Assembly (NCBI GenBank): GCA_035524795.1
Contig: DATKOF010000004.1
Coordinates: forward strand, 3,607 to 67,606
Origin: Burkholderiales bacterium
GTDB lineage: Bacteria; Pseudomonadota; Gammaproteobacteria; Burkholderiales; SG8-41
DNA: 64,000 nucleotides
Direction of reading: 5' to 3'
Positions 61,191 through 64,000 of this stretch are shown piece by piece. The notes beneath the pieces are model-generated. The model was not told where the DNA came from. It searched no databases and worked only from the letters and a program-made list of their open reading frames with translations. The stretch's first letter is position 1. Each line of letters opens with the position of its first letter. A program made the position numbers and the translations under genes.

Positions 61191-62705
61191 TTACGCCGCC
61201 TGCGCGGCGGTGTCATCAGCATCGCGCAGCGACGGGATGTCGAGCTTGATGCCGAGCGCGCTCCACTCCGCGATTTCCTCCTGAAGCGCGGTCGCGGTCA
61301 ACGGATTTTTTTCGAGCCAGCTGCGGTCGATCGCCAGCTCCAGCGAACGGTTCCCGCTTCTGGCCTCGATGCGCGGCAGATCGAGGTCGGTGCGGCTGCG
61401 GTGGATCAGCACCGCGAGCCGCAGCGCGAACACCTGCCGCCAGTCGGTGTTTTCGACGCCGGCGGTGAACACTTTCTTCAGCGAGCGGCGATGCGCCAGA
61501 ACCAGCGATGCGAGGCGCGCCTGCTCCATCGTCGAGAACCCCGGCATGTCGGCGTTCTGGATGATGTAGGCCGAGTGTTTGTGGTAGCCGCTGTAGGCGA
61601 CCGAGATGCCGATTTCATGCAGCCTGGCGGCCCACGCGAGGTAATGCGGCGCCGCTTCGTCGTTGGCGGCGCCGTTCGCCAGCCCGCGGTAGATTTCAAG
61701 CGCGAGCGCGCCGACGCGCCGCGCCTGCCTGGAATCCACATGATAGCGGCGCATGAACTGGGCGACCGTGACGTCGCGCATGTCGTGCTGTTGGACGCGG
61801 CCGAGCAGGTCGTAGAGGATGCCCTGACGCATCGCGCCGGCGGCGACCTCCAGCGTCTCGATGTCGAGTTCGGCGAGCACCGCGCTCATGATCGCAAGGC
61901 CACCGGGCAGTACCGGCGCACGGTCGTTCCTGATGCCCTCGAAATCGAGTTTGTCGGTAGTGCCGGCCTTCAACATCGCGGCGCGCAGTTTCTCCAGACC
62001 GTCGCGCGTGATGCTGTTTTCGACATAACCGTTGAGGCGCAGGATTTCGGTCAGCGCGCGCGCAGTGCCGCTCGAGGCGAGCGCCTGCTGCCAGTTGCCG
62101 CGCGTGAATTTCAGCGCCACCGGCTGCAATTCGCCGCGCGCCGCCAGTTCGGCCTGTTTCATGCCGCCCTTGGTGATTTTACCGTCCGGGAAATATTTGA
62201 GGCTGTAGCTGACGCAGCCCATGTAGAGGCTGGCGAGTCGCAGCGGCTTGTGGCCGCGGCCGATGATCAGTTCGGTCGAGCCGCCGCCGATGTCGATCAC
62301 CAGCCGCTTGTCCTGCGACGCCGGCAGGCCGTGCGAGACGCCGAGATAGATCAGGCGCGCCTCCTCGCGGCCGGCGACGACTTCGATCGGGAAGCCGAGC
62401 GCGCCGCGCGCCTGCTTCAGGAACGCCGCCGCGTTCTTGGCCACGCGCAGCGTGTTGGTGCCGACTGCGCGCACCGCGTGCGGATCGAAGCCGCGCAGCC
62501 GCTCGCCGAAGCGCTTCAGGCAGTCGAGCGCGCGTTGTTGCGAGCTTTCATCGAGGCGCTTGTCGCGCGTCAGGCCGCCGCCCAGGCGCACCGGCTCGCG
62601 CAGCGCGTCGAGCGGGTAGATCTGGTCGCCGACGACGCGCGCAACCTGCAGGTGGAACGAGTTCGATCCGAGGTCAACTGCGGCGAGCGTCGAATAGGCC
62701 GCCAT
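61191..62705 (-). CDS. ppx: exopolyphosphatase (Ppx/GppA family)
   Basis: LAAVDLGSNSFHLQV, DIGGGSTE, C-terminal HD-like domain. Confidence 0.92.
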   Translation of the reverse strand: MAAYSTLAAVDLGSNSFHLQVARVVGDQIYPLDALREPVRLGGGLTRDKRLDESSQQRALDCLKRFGERLRGFDPHAVRAVGTNTLRVAKNAAAFLKQARGALGFPIEVVAGREEARLIYLGVSHGLPASQDKRLVIDIGGGSTELIIGRGHKPLRLASLYMGCVSYSLKYFPDGKITKGGMKQAELAARGELQPVALKFTRGNWQQALASSGTARALTEILRLNGYVENSITRDGLEKLRAAMLKAGTTDKLDFEGIRNDRAPVLPGGLAIMSAVLAELDIETLEVAAGAMRQGILYDLLGRVQQHDMRDVTVAQFMRRYHVDSRQARRVGALALEIYRGLANGAANDEAAPHYLAWAARLHEIGISVAYSGYHKHSAYIIQNADMPGFSTMEQARLASLVLAHRRSLKKVFTAGVENTDWRQVFALRLAVLIHRSRTDLDLPRIEARSGNRSLELAIDRSWLEKNPLTATALQEEIAEWSALGIKLDIPSLRDADDTAAQAA

Positions 62706-62793
62706 GGGGCGCGTGTCCGGAAAGACCGGTGCAGGGGATGCGGGTTGCGGGCTTGAAGTGTGGGCAGATCAACGCGTCGCCGCCGGTTGCGCG

Positions 62794-63507
62794 TCAGGTG
62801 CCGAACGCCTCGCGCTCGAGGTTCTCAACGCTGGTGTGGCGCACGTCCTTGCCCTTGACCATGTAGACCACGTACTCGGACATGTTTTTCGCGTGGTCGC
62901 CGATGCGTTCGATCGCTTTTGCGATGAACAGGATTTCGATCGCGTGCGAGATCATGCGCGGATCTTCCATCATGAACGTGACCAGCTCGCGGATGATCAG
63001 CCGGAATTCGTTGTCGACGCTCTCATCCTGGCGCACCACCTTGGCGGCGACCGTCAGGTCGAGCCGCGCGAACGCGTCGAGCGCGTTGCGCAGCATGCCG
63101 AGCGCAATGTCGGCGACATGGCGCACCTCGACGCCGCGCGGGATGTAGCGGCGGTCGGATTCGTAGATCAGCTGCGTCATGCGCGCGATCTTGGCCGCCT
63201 CGTCGCCGATGCGTTCGAGGTCGGTGATGGTCTTGACGATCATCATCAGCATGCGCAGGTCGCCGGCCACCGCCTGGCGGCGCGCGATGATGGTGCTGCA
63301 GCTTTCGTCGATTTCGACTTCGAGCGCGTTGACGCGGTGGTCGTCTTCGACCACCTGCGCCGCGAGTTTGGTGTCGGCCTTGGTCAGCGCGTCGAGCGCA
63401 CGCACGATCTGGTCTTCGACCAGTCCGCCCATCTGCAGCACGCGCGCGCGCACCGCTTCGAGCTCGGCGTCGAACTGCTTGGAGGTGTGTTCGGATGAAC
63501 TGACCAT
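62794..63507 (-). CDS. phoU: phosphate signalling complex protein PhoU
   Basis: Two PhoU repeats, each with an ERIGD(E/H)A motif; 237 aa. Confidence 0.92.
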   Translation of the reverse strand: MVSSSEHTSKQFDAELEAVRARVLQMGGLVEDQIVRALDALTKADTKLAAQVVEDDHRVNALEVEIDESCSTIIARRQAVAGDLRMLMMIVKTITDLERIGDEAAKIARMTQLIYESDRRYIPRGVEVRHVADIALGMLRNALDAFARLDLTVAAKVVRQDESVDNEFRLIIRELVTFMMEDPRMISHAIEILFIAKAIERIGDHAKNMSEYVVYMVKGKDVRHTSVENLEREAFGT

Positions 63508-63590
63508 GATGCCCCTGTTTGTAATAATTATCCTGTCTGCATTGGACTAGGCAGACTAGCAATGGATTGTGACAATTATATTGCGCGTTG

Positions 63591-64000
63591 TCACGCGGTC
63601 AGCGCTTCCAGCCCGGTCGATGTCTGCACGCCGTCAGCGGTTGCCAGCAGCAGCAGGTCGGCGCCGCGCCGCACGAACAGACCGTTGCAGACCACGCCCG
63701 GCAGCTGGTCGATCGCGGCCTCCAGCGCCGCGGGGTCGGTCATATCGAGGTTGCGCACGTCCAGGATCACGTTGCCGTTGTCGGTGGTGAACCCTTCGCG
63801 CAGCGCCGGCTGGCCGCCGAGCCTGACCATCTCGCGCGCGACGTAGGCGCGCGCCATCGGAATCACTTCGACCGGCAGCGGAAAGCGGCCGAGCCGGTCG
63901 ACCAGCTTGGTATGGTCGGCGACGCAGATGAATTTGCGCGCGACCGCGGCGACGATCTTCTCGCGCGTCAACGCGCCGCCGCCGCCCTTGATCATGTGCA
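63591..64000 (-). CDS. rpiA: ribose-5-phosphate isomerase A, partial (N-terminus beyond the right edge)
   Basis: [21 protein letters not shown] and VVCNGLF segments. The frame stays open to position 64000. Confidence 0.9.
   Translation of the reverse strand, partial: HMIKGGGGALTREKIVAAVARKFICVADHTKLVDRLGRFPLPVEVIPMARAYVAREMVRLGGQPALREGFTTDNGNVILDVRNLDMTDPAALEAAIDQLPGVVCNGLFVRRGADLLLLATADGVQTSTGLEALTA

Noticed and set aside
63508-63594. Possible Pho box or operator in the phoU-rpiA spacer: CTGTTTG...CTGTCTG direct repeats and a GTGACAA-N12-TTGTCAC dyad (63569-63594)
   Set aside because: The CTGT repeats are 18 nt apart, not the 11-nt Pho-box spacing. The dyad has only 7-bp arms, overlaps the rpiA stop and has no T-tract. 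This is too weak to call.

Overview
High-GC (roughly 60-65% by eye) proteobacterial chromosome segment. Gene order (algH-ruvX-pyrR-pyrB-pyrC', glnA-ntrBC, ppk/ppx/phoU) suggests Beta- or Gammaproteobacteria; this is inference only. Three blocks. (1) 1-32.1 kb is a surface-glycan region. It has a short minus-strand arm (unknown protein, radical SAM/SPASM, FkbM methyltransferase). It also has a ~22-kb plus-strand array holding a complete sedoheptulose-7-P to NDP-heptose module (GmhA-like, GmhB, nucleotidyltransferase-kinase fusion), Wzm/Wzt export, transaldolase, split transketolase, four SDRs, a Gfo/Idh/MocA oxidoreductase, a UDP-glucose-dehydrogenase homolog apparently lacking the catalytic Cys, two methyltransferases, an sxtJ / DUF5989 / carbamoyltransferase trio, two tandem SGNH-like paralogs, a NUDIX hydrolase and glycosyltransferases. 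rfbBADC and waaC-waaA follow. (2) 32-47 kb is housekeeping (5-FCL, rhodaneses, Pcm-like, TPP riboswitch-thiC, uppP, MFS, glnA-ntrBC, xthA), interrupted after thiC by a lower-GC mosaic islet. The islet holds a class II Fic protein, a diverged 117-bp duplicate of the thiC 3' end, and an HNH_2 nuclease coupled to an unknown 143-aa ORF. No integrase is present. (3) 47-64 kb holds prlC, the pyr operon, argA, yggX and a polyphosphate cluster (ppk1, CYTH-CHAD, sixA, ppx, phoU), then partial rpiA. A 146-bp tandem repeat (2.3 copies) re-duplicates the sixA start codon region. No rRNA, tRNA, CRISPR array or transposase was recognised. Many long antisense shadow ORFs in the track were rejected. All family calls come from motif recognition by eye; no searches were run.
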